From positions 87,234,001-87,298,000 of the forward strand of contig NC_043003.1 of assembly GCF_006345805.1 (NCBI RefSeq): 64,000 nucleotides of DNA, read 5' to 3'. Below the pieces are notes generated by a model. That model searched no databases, was not told where the DNA came from, and worked only from the letters and a program-made list of their open reading frames with translations. Position 1 is the first letter of the stretch; every line of letters starts with the position of its first letter. Source of the DNA: Octopus sinensis (lineage: Eukaryota). The translations under genes and the position numbers were made by a program. Shown here piece by piece: positions 26,394 through 39,818 of the stretch.

Positions 26394-26568
26394 TATAAAA
26401 TATTATTAGAGACAAAACCACTATTTTGCAAAACAAACAGGAAAGACTTAATCAATACATAAATTTTAATAAATAGTCATTGACTATTTATTAAAATTTT
26501 ATGTATTGATTAAGTCTTTCCTTGTTTGTTTTGCAAAATAGTGGTTTTGTCTCTAATAATATTTTATA
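26394..26568. repeat. near-perfect palindrome, ~87 bp arms, 1-nt spacer
   Basis: centre AATAGTCA-T-TGACTATT; arms differ by two 1-nt indels. Confidence 0.92.
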
Positions 26569-26572
26569 TATA

Positions 26573-26608
<36 letters not shown>

Positions 26609-29600
26609 TGTATGTATGTATGTATGTATGTATGTATGCATGTATGTATGTATACACACACACATGTATGGCAGGCTGCTATACAGTTTCTGTCCAGCAA
26701 ATTCATTCAGAGAGCGTTGATTGGCTCAGGGCCGTAGTAAAAGATAATTGCCCAAGGTAATGCAGGACATGAAATGACATGCTTACAAAAGAAATTCTTA
26801 ACTTCTTAAAACCCATGCCTTGATCAATGTTTACTATCAATAATTTCAAAATCAATTTGTAATTGCCCAGCTGTTGTTCTATTGTTGATAGTTAATAATG
26901 TAATGGACAGAGACGTGTGTACATTGGGGTTACTAAATGTAGTGTTAAGATGTGATGGGTCACTATATGTAGATAATTGAAAGCAGAATGAAATAGCGCA
27001 ATAACAACATTGAAGAGAAAAGAAATAATATTCACCAACTTATTTGCTGGTAGTGGTTAATAAAATATACATATATTTCTTTATTGCCCACGAGGAGCTA
27101 AACATAGAGGGGAAAAACAAGGACAGACAAAGGGATTAAGTCGATTATATCGACCCCAGTGCGTAACTGGTACTTAATTTATCGACCCCGAAAGGATGAA
27201 AGGCAAAGTCGACCTCGGCGGAATTTGAACTCAGAACGTAGCAACATAGCAGTAATTGATAATAGTAATGTTGCGTTGGTGGCTTACTGGTAGTTGATAG
27301 TGTGTAAGTTGTGCATTCTGCTGATGGAGAGGAAGAAAGAGTAAGGGTTACATTGCCCCTTTCCATTTGGTCGATGCTATTGCTCCTGGTTATCGACTGA
27401 CAGGAATAGAGAATGCCTGGCATGCTAACATTTCTGCCAGCCCACTGCCTTGTTTCGATGATATGATTGTAGGATAGGTGTGAGAGGCTAGATCTGGCTG
27501 ATTTGAACAGAAATATTTGGGATAGATATGGCTGGTTCAAATGCCAAAGAGTTAAAGTACGTGCCCTTGGAATACTCAATAACTGGCATTAAATTTTAAT
27601 GCGTATGTATATAGTTCCAATGTCTGAATAACTAGAGCATGACTAAATTGATGCTGATACAAAAATACATCATACATGTGTGCATGGGAGAGGAGGACAC
27701 AGGGAGAGAGAGAGGGGGGAGAAATAGAGAGAAAGAGAGAGAGAGGGGGAGAGAAAGAGAGAGAAAGAGAGAGAGAGGGAAGAAGACAGAGAAAGGAAGA
27801 GAGAGACAGAGACAGAGAAGGAAGAAGACAGAGAAAGGGGGAAATAGAGAGTATGTGTATGAGTTGTGTGTATGTGTGTACCTGTATGTGAAGGTAGGTG
27901 TTTACTTGTTTTTGATGTTGGGATCACAATCACAAGGTTGTGTGTTCAATTCTTGGACTGCATATCCTTGAGTAAGGCTCTTCATTTTACTTTATTCTAG
28001 TCTACTCCGCTGAAATCAATACCAGCAAAACTGTTGATGCAGCCTCTCTCCTTTTGATAAGTTGTCTCGCTCTGGTTGCTCTTCTGGGTTGATGGTGTGA
28101 CAGTTAAGAAGATATTTATGTCTCCTCACATACTGTTTACTCTTTACTTTTTTACTTGTTTCAGTCATTTGACTGTGGCCATGCTGGAGCACCGCCTTTA
28201 ATCGAGCAACTCGACTCCAGGACTTATTCTTTTGTAAGCCCAGTACCTATTCTATCAGTCTCTTTTGCCGAACCGCTAAGTAACGGGGACATAAACACAC
28301 CAGCATCAGTTGTCAAGCAATGCTAGGGGGACAAGCACAGACACACAAACACACACACATATATATATATATATATATTTCCATTGATATTTGCATGTAC
28401 ATGAACATCGAAATAAATATCAATGGAAATAGTAGTTGTGATACCTGTGCCAGTGGGACATAAAAAGCACCATCTGAACGTGGCCGTTTCCAGCGCCGCC
28501 TCGACTGGCTTCTGTGCCGGTGGCACATAAAAAGCACCATCCGAATGTGGCCGATACCAGCACCGCCTCGACTGGCTTCTGTGCCGGTGGCACATAAAAA
28601 GCACCATCCGAACGTGGCAAATGCCAGCGCCACCTTGGTTGGCTTCTGTGCCGGTGGCACGTTAAAAGCACCAACTGATCGTGGCCGATGCCAGACACGA
28701 ACCCGGAACCATGTGGTTGGTAAACGAGCTACTTACCACACAGCCACTCCTGAGCCTATCTACATATGTATTCTGAAAGAATTAATGAAAATATGTATAT
28801 GTTATCAAGTTGTACTTTGTCATCATCACCATCATCATCTTATGATTTTAATGTACACTTTTCTTTGCTTGCATGGGTCAGATGGAATTTTGTTGAGGCA
28901 GATTTTCTTTGACCAGATGCCCTTCCTCTCACCATCCCTCACCTGTTTCCAAAAGAAGGTAAAATTTCCCTATGACCAGACATGCTTTCATGGAAGATTA
29001 GAAATGGAGGGCACTACTAGCATGATGGTAACTTGTTTATGACTATCACTTAATATCAAGACAAAGAGACAATAACACACACATACACACACTTGCATGC
29101 ATGTACACACACTCATATATACACACACTTGCATGCATGTACACACATACACACATTTTTTTCTTTTATCTTTTACTTTACTTTTTCATTCATTGGACCG
29201 TGGCCATGCTGGGGCACCACCTTGAAAGGTTGTATTTGAACAAATCAACCCCAGTACATTTTTTTTAGTGCCTAGTATTTATTCTAAAAATTTCTCATTC
29301 CAAACCACTTAGTTACATGGACGTAAACAAACCAACATCATACTGCTCTATATTTTTGAGATGAGGAATTCTGTACATTATTTACATTATTGACATTGGA
29401 TGGATATATGTCCTCATCTTGTTTGTTGTTAATAAGCCGAAACAGTGAATAAATCAGATGAAACGTGCTAAAAACAAATAAGATCATCATCATCATCATT
29501 GTTTAACGTCCGTTTTCCGTGCTAGCACGGGTTGGACGGTTCGACCGGGGTCTGGGAAGCCAGGAGGCTGCACCAGGCTCCAGTCTGATCTGGCAGTGTT

Positions 29601-30582
29601 TCTATAGCTGGATGCCCTTCCTAACGCCAACCACTCCATGAGTGTAGTGGGTGCTTTTTACGTGCCAGGGGAGTCTGGCAGCGGCCATGATCGGTTGGTG
29701 CTTTTTATGTGCCACCAGCACAGAAGCCAGTCAAGGTGGCGCTGGCATCGGCCACATTCGGATCGTGCTTTTTACGTACCACTGGCACAGGTATCACAAC
29801 TACTATTTCCATTTGATATTTATTTCGATGTTCATGTACTTGACTCAATAGGTCTCCTCAAGCACAGCGGGTTGTTCTGAAATCCAAGGTACTTTGAATG
29901 GGCTGGGGCTGAGGATATATATATCTGTCCAATGTAAATAATGCAAATAAAACCAACATCAGTTGTCAAGCAGTGGTGGAGGATAAACACAGACACACAC
30001 ACATAGATATATACTTGTGTGTGTGTGTGTGTTTATGATGGGCTACTCACAAGTCTTTGGCCAGCCCATGACTATAGTAGAAGACACTTGCCCAAGGTGC
30101 CATGCTGTGAGACTGATCCCAGAAGAAACATGTAGTTGGGGAGCAAGCTTCTTAACAACAGCCAAGCTTATGTATGTATGTATGTATATGTATGTATGTA
30201 TGTATGTAGTATGTATGTATGTATAGATAGATAGATAGATGGATAGACACACACACACATGCACACACACACTCACACACACACTCACTCACACACACAC
30301 ACATACACACACAAAACACACACTCACTCACACACACACACAAACACACTCAAAAGAAAACACACACACACACACACATGTGCGCACGACTTAGTGGTTC
30401 GGGTGTTGCACTCACGATTGCGAAATTGTGGCTTTCATTCCTGCACCAGGTCATGTGTTTTGTTCTTGAGCAAAACGTTTCATTTCACATTGCCCCAATC
30501 CATTCAAGTGATAAAAACCTGTAATCTTGTGATGGACTACTGTTTCATCCAGGTATAAATATATATATTGTAACCATATATA

Positions 30583-30990
30583 GGCACAGGAGTGGCTGTG
30601 TTGTAAGTAGCTTGTTTACCAACCACATGGTTCCGGGTTCAGTCCTACTGCGTGGCACCTTGGGCAAGTGTCTTCTATTATAGCCTCGGGCCGACCAAAG
30701 CCTTGTGAGTGGATTTGGTAGACGGAAACTGAAAGAAGCCCGTCGTATATATGTATGTATATATATATATATATGCGTGTGTGTGTTTGTGTGTCTGTGT
30801 TTGTCCCCCTAGCATTGCTTGACAACCGATGCTGGTGTGTTTATGTCCCTGTTACTTAGCGGTTCGGCAAAAGAGACCGATAGAATAAGTACTGGGCTTG
30901 CAAAAGAATAAGTCCCGAGGTCGAGTTGCTCGATTAAAGGCGGTGCTCCAGCATGGCCGCAGTCAAATGACTGAAACACGTAAAAAAAAG
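30583..30990 (+). mobile_element. Abundant tRNA-derived SINE with internal (TA)/(TG) tract; other copies 28135-28757(-), 39880-40312, 46204-46575(-), 52262-52685, 54037-54460, 58305-58856(-)
   Basis: GGAGTGGCTGTGTGGTAAG...GGTTCAGTCC...tail GGCGGTGCTCCAGCATGGCCGCAGTCAAATGACTGAAAC. Confidence 0.9.
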
Positions 30991-31139
30991 AAAATATAAC
31001 AACATTTATCCTGACCAAACTACAACCCTACATCCTTTGAGAATGTTGTAACTAGGTCAGGGCCCCTTTTCATCTCATACATATTTTTGCATAAATTTTA
31101 AGTCATCCACAAAGAAACAGTGTATAATTTTCGTATTTC

Positions 31140-31500
31140 TTTTACCTTGTGAACCAGTGAGACAACCTTTAGACTTCAGCCTTCCTTAACATGAATGACA
31201 AGGGGTTTACAGAAATTATTAACAACATCACAGAGAGGCTGTTTCCTTGGAATATGTCTTTGCAATATTGTAGTCTGTCAGTGATAATACAATCACTCTT
31301 TGTGTTTAATTTCAAGATGGTGGCCCAAAATGAATTCAGGTCAGCTATGGCTTTGGCTATTCTCACTGGAACTTTAGAAAGTTGAAGGGTTTCTAGCATC
31401 CATGAATGGGGAACAGAGTCAAAGGTTTTCTTGTAGTCTAGCCACATTGAAGCTAGGTTCCTCCTATGCTCTCGCACCGCTGACATCACAGTATTGTTGA
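31140..31500 (-). mobile_element. R4/Dong-like LINE RT fragment
   Basis: WLDYKKTFDSVPHSW...IFQGNSLS...VNPLSFML. Confidence 0.85.
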
Positions 31501-31518
31501 TTAACTATTGCTCAGCAC

Positions 31519-31915
31519 ATGTATGTATGTATGTATGTATGTATGTATGTATGTATGTATGTATGTATGTATGTTTGTATGTATGTATGTATGCACATAT
31601 GTACATATGTACGTATGTATGTATGTATGTTTGTATGCATGTATGCATGTATGCATGTATGTATGTATGTATGTTTGTATGTATGTATGTATGTATGTAT
31701 GTATGTTTGTATGTATATATGTATGTATGTTTGTATGTATGTATGTATGTATGTATGTATGTATGTATGTATGTATGTATGCATGTATGTATGTATGTAT
31801 GTGTGCATGTATGTATGTATGTATGTTTGTATGTATGTATGTATGTATGTATGTATGTATGCATGTATGTTTGTATGTATGTATGTATATGTGCATGTAT
31901 GAGTGTATGTATATA
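31519..31915. repeat. (TATG)n microsatellite
   Basis: direct reading. Confidence 0.95.
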
Positions 31916-32687
31916 CATATTCATCTGCAGCAAAAGGCTCTACAGACATCTTATCTGTGAAACAGATAAACCTGTATCTATAAAAGAGAATGGGAAAAAT
32001 CACTGGACCTTCTAAAGATTTAAAGGATCATGGTTAAGAGATGTTTTCCTTTACAACCTTGCATATGGGATCTGAATACAATGGGTAAATGGAATTGTGA
32101 GATATCAGATACATATTTCTTTACTGCCCACAAGGGGCTAAACATAGAGGGGACAAACAAGGACAGACAAAGGGATTAAGTCGATTACATCGACCCCAGT
32201 GCTTGACTGGTACTTTATTTATCGACCCCGAAAGGATGAAAGGCAAAGTCGACCTCAGTGGAATTTGAACTCAGAACGTAATGGCAGACGAAATACGGCT
32301 ACGCATTTCGCCCGGCGTGCTAATGTTTCTGCCAGCTCACCGCCTTCATCAGATATCAGATATAGTTTGTGTGTGTATGCATGAATGCATCTACAATTTT
32401 AAGTCTGGTATGGTGTGGATATATATATCTGTCCAATGTAAATAATGCAAATAAAACCAACATCAGTTGTCAAGCAGTGGTGGAGGATAATGTTTTGGTT
32501 GATCTTTGGTTCCTATACTAGTGTATGTTTGTGTGTTTGTGTGTTTACTGATGGGAGATAAGAAGAGACCCATAAATCAATTGATAAATAAAAGAGTAAG
32601 AAATAAGAAGCTATTAAAAAGGTTATTATATTACAGTCCTTGGAGGCTAAGTATGGGCTGTCACTTTTGAAAGTACATGTGTGCATG

Positions 32688-32756
<69 letters not shown>

Positions 32757-32933
32757 CAGGCAACTTGTTGCATGAGAGCATGTCAATCAATGTATGTACT
32801 TGTGTATGGGTGCGTGCTAAGAGTGTGGGGTATATAAGTCTGCTACTATGTTAACATATGCATGTACATGTGTGTCTTTGTTTTGTATTGGTAAGGTAAA
32901 TATGATTGAATTTGTGGTCAAGGTTGGTCCTGA

Positions 32934-33490
32934 TGTGTGTGTGTGTGTGTGTGTGTGTGTCTATGTTTGCATGTATGCGTGTGTATGTGTGTGCACGTGT
33001 GCGTGTGTGTGCGTGTGTGTGCATGTGCATGTGTGTGTGTTCATGTGCGTGTGTGCATGTGTGCGTGTGTGTGTGCATGTGTGCATGTGCGTGTGTGCGT
33101 GTGTGCATGTGTGTGTGTATCTGCATGTGTGTGTGCGCGTGTGTGCGTGTGTATGTGTGTGCACGTGTGCGTGTGTGTGCATGTGTGTGCGTGTGTGTGC
33201 ATGTGCATGTGTGTGTGTTCATGTGCATGTGTGTATGTGTGCATGTGTGCACGTGTGTGCGTGTGTGCATGTGCGTGTGTGCGTGTGTGCATGTGTGTGT
33301 GTATCTGCATGTGTGTGTGTGCGTGTGTGTGTGTGCGTGTGTGCGTGTGTATGTGTGTGCACGTGTGCGTGTGTGTGCATGTGTGTGCATGCGTGCGTGT
33401 GTGCATGTGCTCGTGTGTGTGTGCGTGTGTGTGTGTGCATGTGCTTGTGTGTGTGTGTATGCATGTGTGTGTATATGCATGTGTGTGTGT
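32934..33490. repeat. compound (TG)n/(TGCA) microsatellite
   Basis: direct reading. Confidence 0.95.
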
Positions 33491-34139
33491 GAGTTTACTC
33501 AAGTTAGCTAGAGTTTATCAACATGTGTATACATGTGAATATGGATCTGTGTGATGTTATACAGGATGTTTGGTTGATACAGGGACACATGTGTGTGGAT
33601 GTGCATATGCATACAGTTTGTGCTTGTCTGTGTTTATATGTACATTGTGCACATGTGTGCATGTGTTATTTTCATACAGAATCAGGTATGTATACCTTCG
33701 GGAATTTTGTGCATACATGTGTTTGGTTTGTGTTTAGTATATATATGTATGTGTTAATGAATGTATATGTATGTGCTCATGTTTATCCATGGATGTATAT
33801 TCAAGGCTTAGTGAGTGGGTACTGTACACAGAAATGCGTGTGTGTGTGTATGTGTGTGTGTGCACATATGTATGTATGTATGTATGTATGTATTTATGTA
33901 TGTATGTATGTATGTATGTATGTATGTATGTATGTATGTATGTATGTATTTATGTATGTATGTATGTGTGTATGTATTTATGTATGTATGTATGTATGTA
34001 TGTATTTATGTATGTATGTATGTACGTATGTATGTATTATGTATGTATGTATGTATTTATGCATGTATGTATGTATTTATGCATGTATGTATGTATGTAT
34101 GTATGTATGTATGTATGTATGTATATGTGCATGTATGTA

Positions 34140-34648
34140 TGTCATCATTCAGGTTCATTTCAAGAATTCTTGCCAATAGAAAAAGAGCCAGTTTCTAGTA
34201 TAGATCCAAGGTTCCATCATTGGAATTTCAGCAACATCAACAGAGTATTTTTGCACATATGTGTGCATATATGTGTAGATCTGTATGTTTTGTTTCATGT
34301 ATGTTTTCTCATACATATACTAGCATATCTAAACATGCACATTTAACGCATGCACATACTTAAATGATAAACTTCTGGAAAGTTTTACAAATTTTGACAG
34401 TCCCATTGCTGGCGTGACACTGTAATCGTCTAATTAGCTTACTCCTTTCTGGTTTTGAGAAGCCTAATTTCTCAAACTTGGTATTTAGGCAGTGTGTTAC
34501 ATATCTCAGTGCCCCAATAATTACAGGTATAAACCTGAGCTTGTAATATAGTATCATAACTGTAGATTTTTCAATAGTTCAGTGTAGGTATTTTCTTTTT
34601 CACTGATCTTTAGCCTTCTGTTAACATCTGCTGGGCAGCTGATTTTCA
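34140..34648 (-). mobile_element. R4/Dong-like LINE RLE domain and 3' UTR between (ATAC)n arrays
   Basis: KISCPADVN...EKENTY...FIPVIIGAL...GTVKICKTF; UTR related to 39429-39541. Confidence 0.75.
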
Positions 34649-34710
34649 TGTATGTACATACGTACATATGTACATATGTATGTACGTACGTACATATGTA
34701 TGTATGTATG

Positions 34711-34742
<32 letters not shown>

Positions 34743-35091
34743 TGTATGCATGTATGTATGTATGCATGCGTGTATGTATGAATGTATGCATGTGTATATG
34801 TATGGATGTACATACATACGTACATGCATACAGTTCCTTTTCATCTTTTTGGGACTAATGAAAAAGTACTGTCAGTGTGGTAGTTAGTCAGATGTTAAAG
34901 AACTGGATGAAATACTTTGCAGTATTTGCTTTCACTCAGTACATTATGAGTTCAGACTCTGTTTCACTAGAAAAAATTGAGCCCTCCAGCGTTTATCAAA
35001 AATGGTGGTAGGTTTGGGAGGTCTTTCAGCAGGTATCCAAGCATTTCAGCAGATCACTTACAGTATTATCCAACAAGGTAGCAGGATTGAA

Positions 35092-35155
<64 letters not shown>

Positions 35156-35164
35156 GTTATAATA

Positions 35165-35434
35165 AAAACCGCAAGTCTTGTGAACTACAGCTGCCCGGGA
35201 CTTTGTGGTCAAAACATTAATTTTATTTCATCATTTATCAAGCTGAAAACAAGACCATTTGACACTTGTATTCAAGGCAGATGACATTTTAAACAGGAAA
35301 TGTTCCCTGTTCAAACGTTATCTGCTTTGAATATAAGAGACAAATGGTCTTATTCTCAGCTTGATAAATGGTGAAATAAATTCATGCTTTGGCTCCAAAC
35401 CCTGGACAGATTATTTCACAAGACTTGTGGTTTT
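35165..35434. repeat. imperfect foldback palindrome (MITE-like)
   Basis: AAAACCGCAAGTCTTGTGAA...TTCACAAGACTTGTGGTTTT with pairing continuing to the centre near 35300. Confidence 0.85.
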
Positions 35435-35619
35435 CATAGAATTGCCTTTACTCTCTTAGCCTGACTAGGGCATAGAAGTTACATTCTAAGTTGTTTTCTA
35501 TAATTGTAAAAATTAAAAATAATTCAAATTCAATGTTTTCTTGAAACAATAAATTTCTACAGAGATTAGGATTTTAATTCTAATCTATGAAAAGTTTCCT
35601 TTCTACGATATTTTTAAAG

Positions 35620-35664
35620 GAATGAAAAATTATCCAGCAACTCATGCTAATATGAATGAGCCTG
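35620..35664 (+). pseudogene. exon 11 (phase 0-0)
   Basis: tttttaaAG|...CTG|GTaagt; E*KIIQQLMLI*MSL. Confidence 0.6.
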
Positions 35665-36002
35665 GTAAGTATAAAAGACTAATTAGCATCTCTTGTCAAG
35701 AGTACAGGCGACAGCCAGATCGCTGATGTTTGTTGTGCACACCACTGTTGTTATTTGATTGGCGTTATTCTGTGCATCTGTGTGTAAAGATCAGTTGTGC
35801 TTTGCAGGCTTGTTTTATTTTTACCCTTAACTTAGAAATGGAGAAAGACATAGTGCTAGATATAAAAAAATAAGCCATTTGGGGCTAGAAATAAAGTGGA
35901 AAAACGTTGAATTCTTCAAGCAGGCATGTGTCTTATGCAAAATCTGTGATGAGCCTGAGTGACACTAAAGAATTGGAGTTGCCTCTGATATATATATGTA
36001 TG

Positions 36003-36043
<41 letters not shown>

Positions 36044-36063
36044 TATATATCATCATCATCATC

Positions 36064-36109
<46 letters not shown>

Positions 36110-36135
36110 ATGCATATATGTATATATATATATAT

Positions 36136-36445
36136 GGAGGCGCAATGGCCCAGTGGTTAGGGCATCGGACTCGTGGTTGTAGGATCGCGGTTTCGATTCC
36201 CAGACCAGGCGTTGTGAGTGTTTATTGAGCAAAAACACCTAAAGCTCCACGAGGCTCCGGCAGTGGGTGGTGGCGATCCCTGCTGTACTCTTTCACCGCA
36301 ACTTTCTCTCACTCTTTCTTCTGTTGGCCTGCTCGCTTAGCCACCGGGGTGGCGTCATTTGAAGGCTAAAACAATGCAAAGCACATTGTGACCAGCGACA
36401 TCTGTAGCAACATCTGATAGCCTGGTCGGTCACGGTGATCACGAT
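36136..36445 (+). mobile_element. tRNA-derived SINE
   Basis: A-box TGGCCCAGTGG, B-box-like GTTTCGATTCC; CpG-rich body. Confidence 0.75.
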
Positions 36446-38220
36446 AATATGTATATATATAATATAAATATATATTCTTTTATTATTTGTTTCAGTCATT
36501 TGACTGCAGCCAAGCTGGAGCACCACATTTAGTCAAGCAAATCGACCCCAGGACTTATTCTTTGTAAGCCTAGTACTTATTCTATTGGTCTCTTTTGCCA
36601 AACCATTAAGTTACAGGATTGTAAACACACCAGCATCGGTTGTCAAGTGATGTTGGGGTGACAAACACAGACACACAAATTCTTTGAATTCTTTGAGTGT
36701 ATAGGACTGAAAAAAACACACAGCCTAGCAGGTAGTGTGTTGCACTCACACTCATAAGATGATGGTCTCAGTTCCTGGATCAAGCAGAGCATTGTGTCCC
36801 TGGGCAAAACATTTCATTTTGTAATGCTCCAGTCGATTCAACTGCAAATGAGTTCCAAAAATATTGAGAAATTAACCCAGTAACAGACCTGCATCTTTTT
36901 CGGGATAAGGAGTGTTGTAATCTCACTCACTTATACACCATGGAAATGGGGATAAGCTTGGGCCTTATGACTCCTAGGGTTCATAATAGATCTAAGCCTA
37001 AGTCATATAAGGGGACTTGAAATCCCTTTATGCTCTCTCCTGCTACTTTGTTGGGTACTGATCTGCAACTGCTTTGAAACTTCCTAAACTTATCACCACC
37101 ATTTTTACTAAACCCTGAAGGGCTCAGTTTTTATCTAGTGAGACTGAATTTGAACTCACAACGCACAGAGTCAAGGCAAAAACTGTAAAGAATATCATGG
37201 TCCCAAATGCCCAAAAGATGTTGGGTAAATATTTACATTGGCATCATTTCAGCATGCACATAGTACCTAGAAATATTGCTTCCATTTCTCCACAACACTG
37301 GAAAGAACATTAGATACTTTGAGAAAAATATTTCTAAGTTGAAACTGCTGCTTGACATTCAAATTTCAATGCAGCTTATTCAGCATACATTTATAAATAA
37401 AAACAAGCTATAACATTTTGATGTTATCAATACCAATCCAGTAACTGGATAACTGCACACATTGGGATCTAGATTTTGACAGATATGAGTAATAAGGTTT
37501 ATAGTACATTATTATCATTTAATTTTTGTATATCATGCTGGCATAGATTCAATGATTCAACAGGATCCAACTAGCCTGAGGAATTCATTGATCTCCAATG
37601 TCTGCTTTGGCAAAGTTTCTTGTGCTATACATAAAATTTTTCCAAAATTGTCTTATGCCCATTGTTACTTCACAGAAAATGACACTTAGCTGCTAGGATA
37701 CCATTGTGGTTCTGTATTGCTGTAATATTGGGATTTGCATTATAAATAGAGACCTCAGGCCTTATTTAGCCTTTTGAAAGACAATTCTTAGTAAATCAGT
37801 ATTGATCTGGTGATAATTATGTGCAAATAAGTGCCTTATTACTTTTTCATATATTTCTTCTTGACCCTAAATTTTGTAGAAGAAAAAGATTGGTTTGTTA
37901 CAATATACGGTTAAGTATTTACTGGGGAAATTTGGGGAATTTCACATCACTACTTCCTCTTATGGAATCAGTTTGATAAAGAAGCAAAAGTTCAGCCTGA
38001 TGAAGGGACAAGGGGAGGTATTTGTAAGCTTTATGTATCTTTATAAATATTCTTACGCTGGCAGAAGATTGATATTGATATGCTTGCATGCATACATACA
38101 TACACACATGCATACATCTGTAAAACTTTTCAGAAGTTTATCATTTAAGTATATATGAGCATATCTAGGCATGTAATTATATGCATGAGAATGCATAAAA
38201 CAAAACATACAAATCTGCAC

Positions 38221-39027
38221 AGACCTGTCGAACCAAGTGAAATCATAAAGACCTGTCAAACTGAGTGAAATCGTAAGACCTGTCGAACTGAGTGAAATCA
38301 TAAAGAACTGTTGAACCAAGTGAAATTGGGAAGACCTGTCAAACCAAGTGAAATCATAAAGACCGGTCAAACTGAGTGAAATCATAAAGACCTGTCAAAC
38401 TGAGTGAAATCATAAAGAACTGTTGAACCAAGTGAAATCGGGAAGACCTGTCAAACCAAGTGAAATCGGGAAGACCTGTCAAACCAAGTGAAATCATAAA
38501 GACCGGTCAAACTGAGTGAAATCATAAAGAACTGTCAAACCAAGTGAAATCGGGAAGACCTGTCAAACCAAGTGAAATTGGGAAGACCTGTCAAACCAAG
38601 TGAAATCATAAAGACCTGTCAAACTGAGTGAAATCATAAAGACCTGTCAAACTGTGTGAAATCATAAAGAACTGTCAAACCAAGTGAAATCGGGAAGACC
38701 TGTCAAACCAAGTGAAATCGGGATGACCTGTCAAACCAAGTGAAATCATAAAGACCTGTCAAACTGAGTGAAATCATAAAGAACTGTCAAACCAAGTGAA
38801 ATCGGGAAGACCTGTCAAACCAAGTGAAATCATAAAGACCTGTCAAACTGTGTGAAATCATAAAGAACTGTCAAACCAAGTGAAATCGGGAAGACCTGTC
38901 AAACCAAGTGAAATCGGGAAGACCTGTCAAACCAAGTGAAATCATAAAGACCTGTCGAACTGAGTGAAATCATAAGACCTGTCGAACCAAGTGAAATCAT
39001 AAAGAACTGTCGAACCAAGTGAAATTG
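38221..39027. repeat. 29-bp minisatellite, ~28 copies
   Basis: unit AGACCTGTCAAACCAAGTGAAATCATAA with recurrent variants (CTGA/CCAA, CATAAA/CGGGAA, GACC/GAAC). Confidence 0.95.
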
Positions 39028-39677
39028 TAGTCATGGCTGATGCAAGTGTCGTCTGACTGGTATCCATGCTGATGGCACATAAAAATCCCCATTCGAGCAT
39101 CAGGCCTCATGGAGGCAGAGACAGGTGACTGAGATTTTTGGCACTATACTGTGCTTGTATAGACCTGTCAAGCCAAGTGAGACCATACTTATGGCTGATG
39201 CTGGTGTCAGATCAATGGCACCCATGTTGGTGGCATGTAAAAAAGCAGCCACTACACTCTCAGAGTGGTTGGCATTAGGAAGGGCATCCAGCTGTAGAAA
39301 ATTTGCCAAATCAGACTGGCATTTGGTGCAGCCCCCCACCCCCACCCACCCAGCTTACCAGTTTTCAGTCAACCTATCCAATCCATGCCAGCATGGAAAG
39401 TGGAAGTTAAATGATGATGATGATGATGGCAAAAATGCTCTGTTGATGTTGTTAAAATTCCAATGAAGGAGCCTTGGATCTAAGTTAAAAACCATCTCTT
39501 TCTCTATAGGCAGGAAATTTTGAAATAAAACAGAATAATGACACACACACACACACATACACACACACATACATACTTACATACATACATACATACATAT
39601 ATACATACATACATACACACATACATACATACAGAAGAGATATACATACATATATATAATAAATTGCACTTCATATT

Positions 39678-39804
39678 TGAGGTTCTGATGAAGCTATAAG
39701 ATGTTATTCAGGCACTCAACTATGAGTCTACTGCAGCTTATAGCAGAAACAGCTGTAAGGTAATGACATTCATAAGATAATTGTCTATTTCTTTGTCAAC
39801 CTCA
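39678..39804 (+). ncRNA. hammerhead ribozyme motif (with ~40-nt insertion)
   Basis: TGAGGTT-CTGATGA-A-GCTATAAG..CTTATAGC-A-GAAACAG...TTGTC-AACCTCA. Confidence 0.6.
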
Positions 39805-39818
39805 TTTTCTTGTTGAAA

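Noticed and set aside
31494-34346. Long ORFs rich in MYVC/HTYI/CV (likewise 3331-3771, 5824-6678, 50645-51353, 57063-57446)
   Set aside because: Translations of microsatellites that lack stop codons.
38221-39027. CRISPR-like periodicity
   Set aside because: Units are contiguous with no unique spacers; eukaryotic context with no cas genes.
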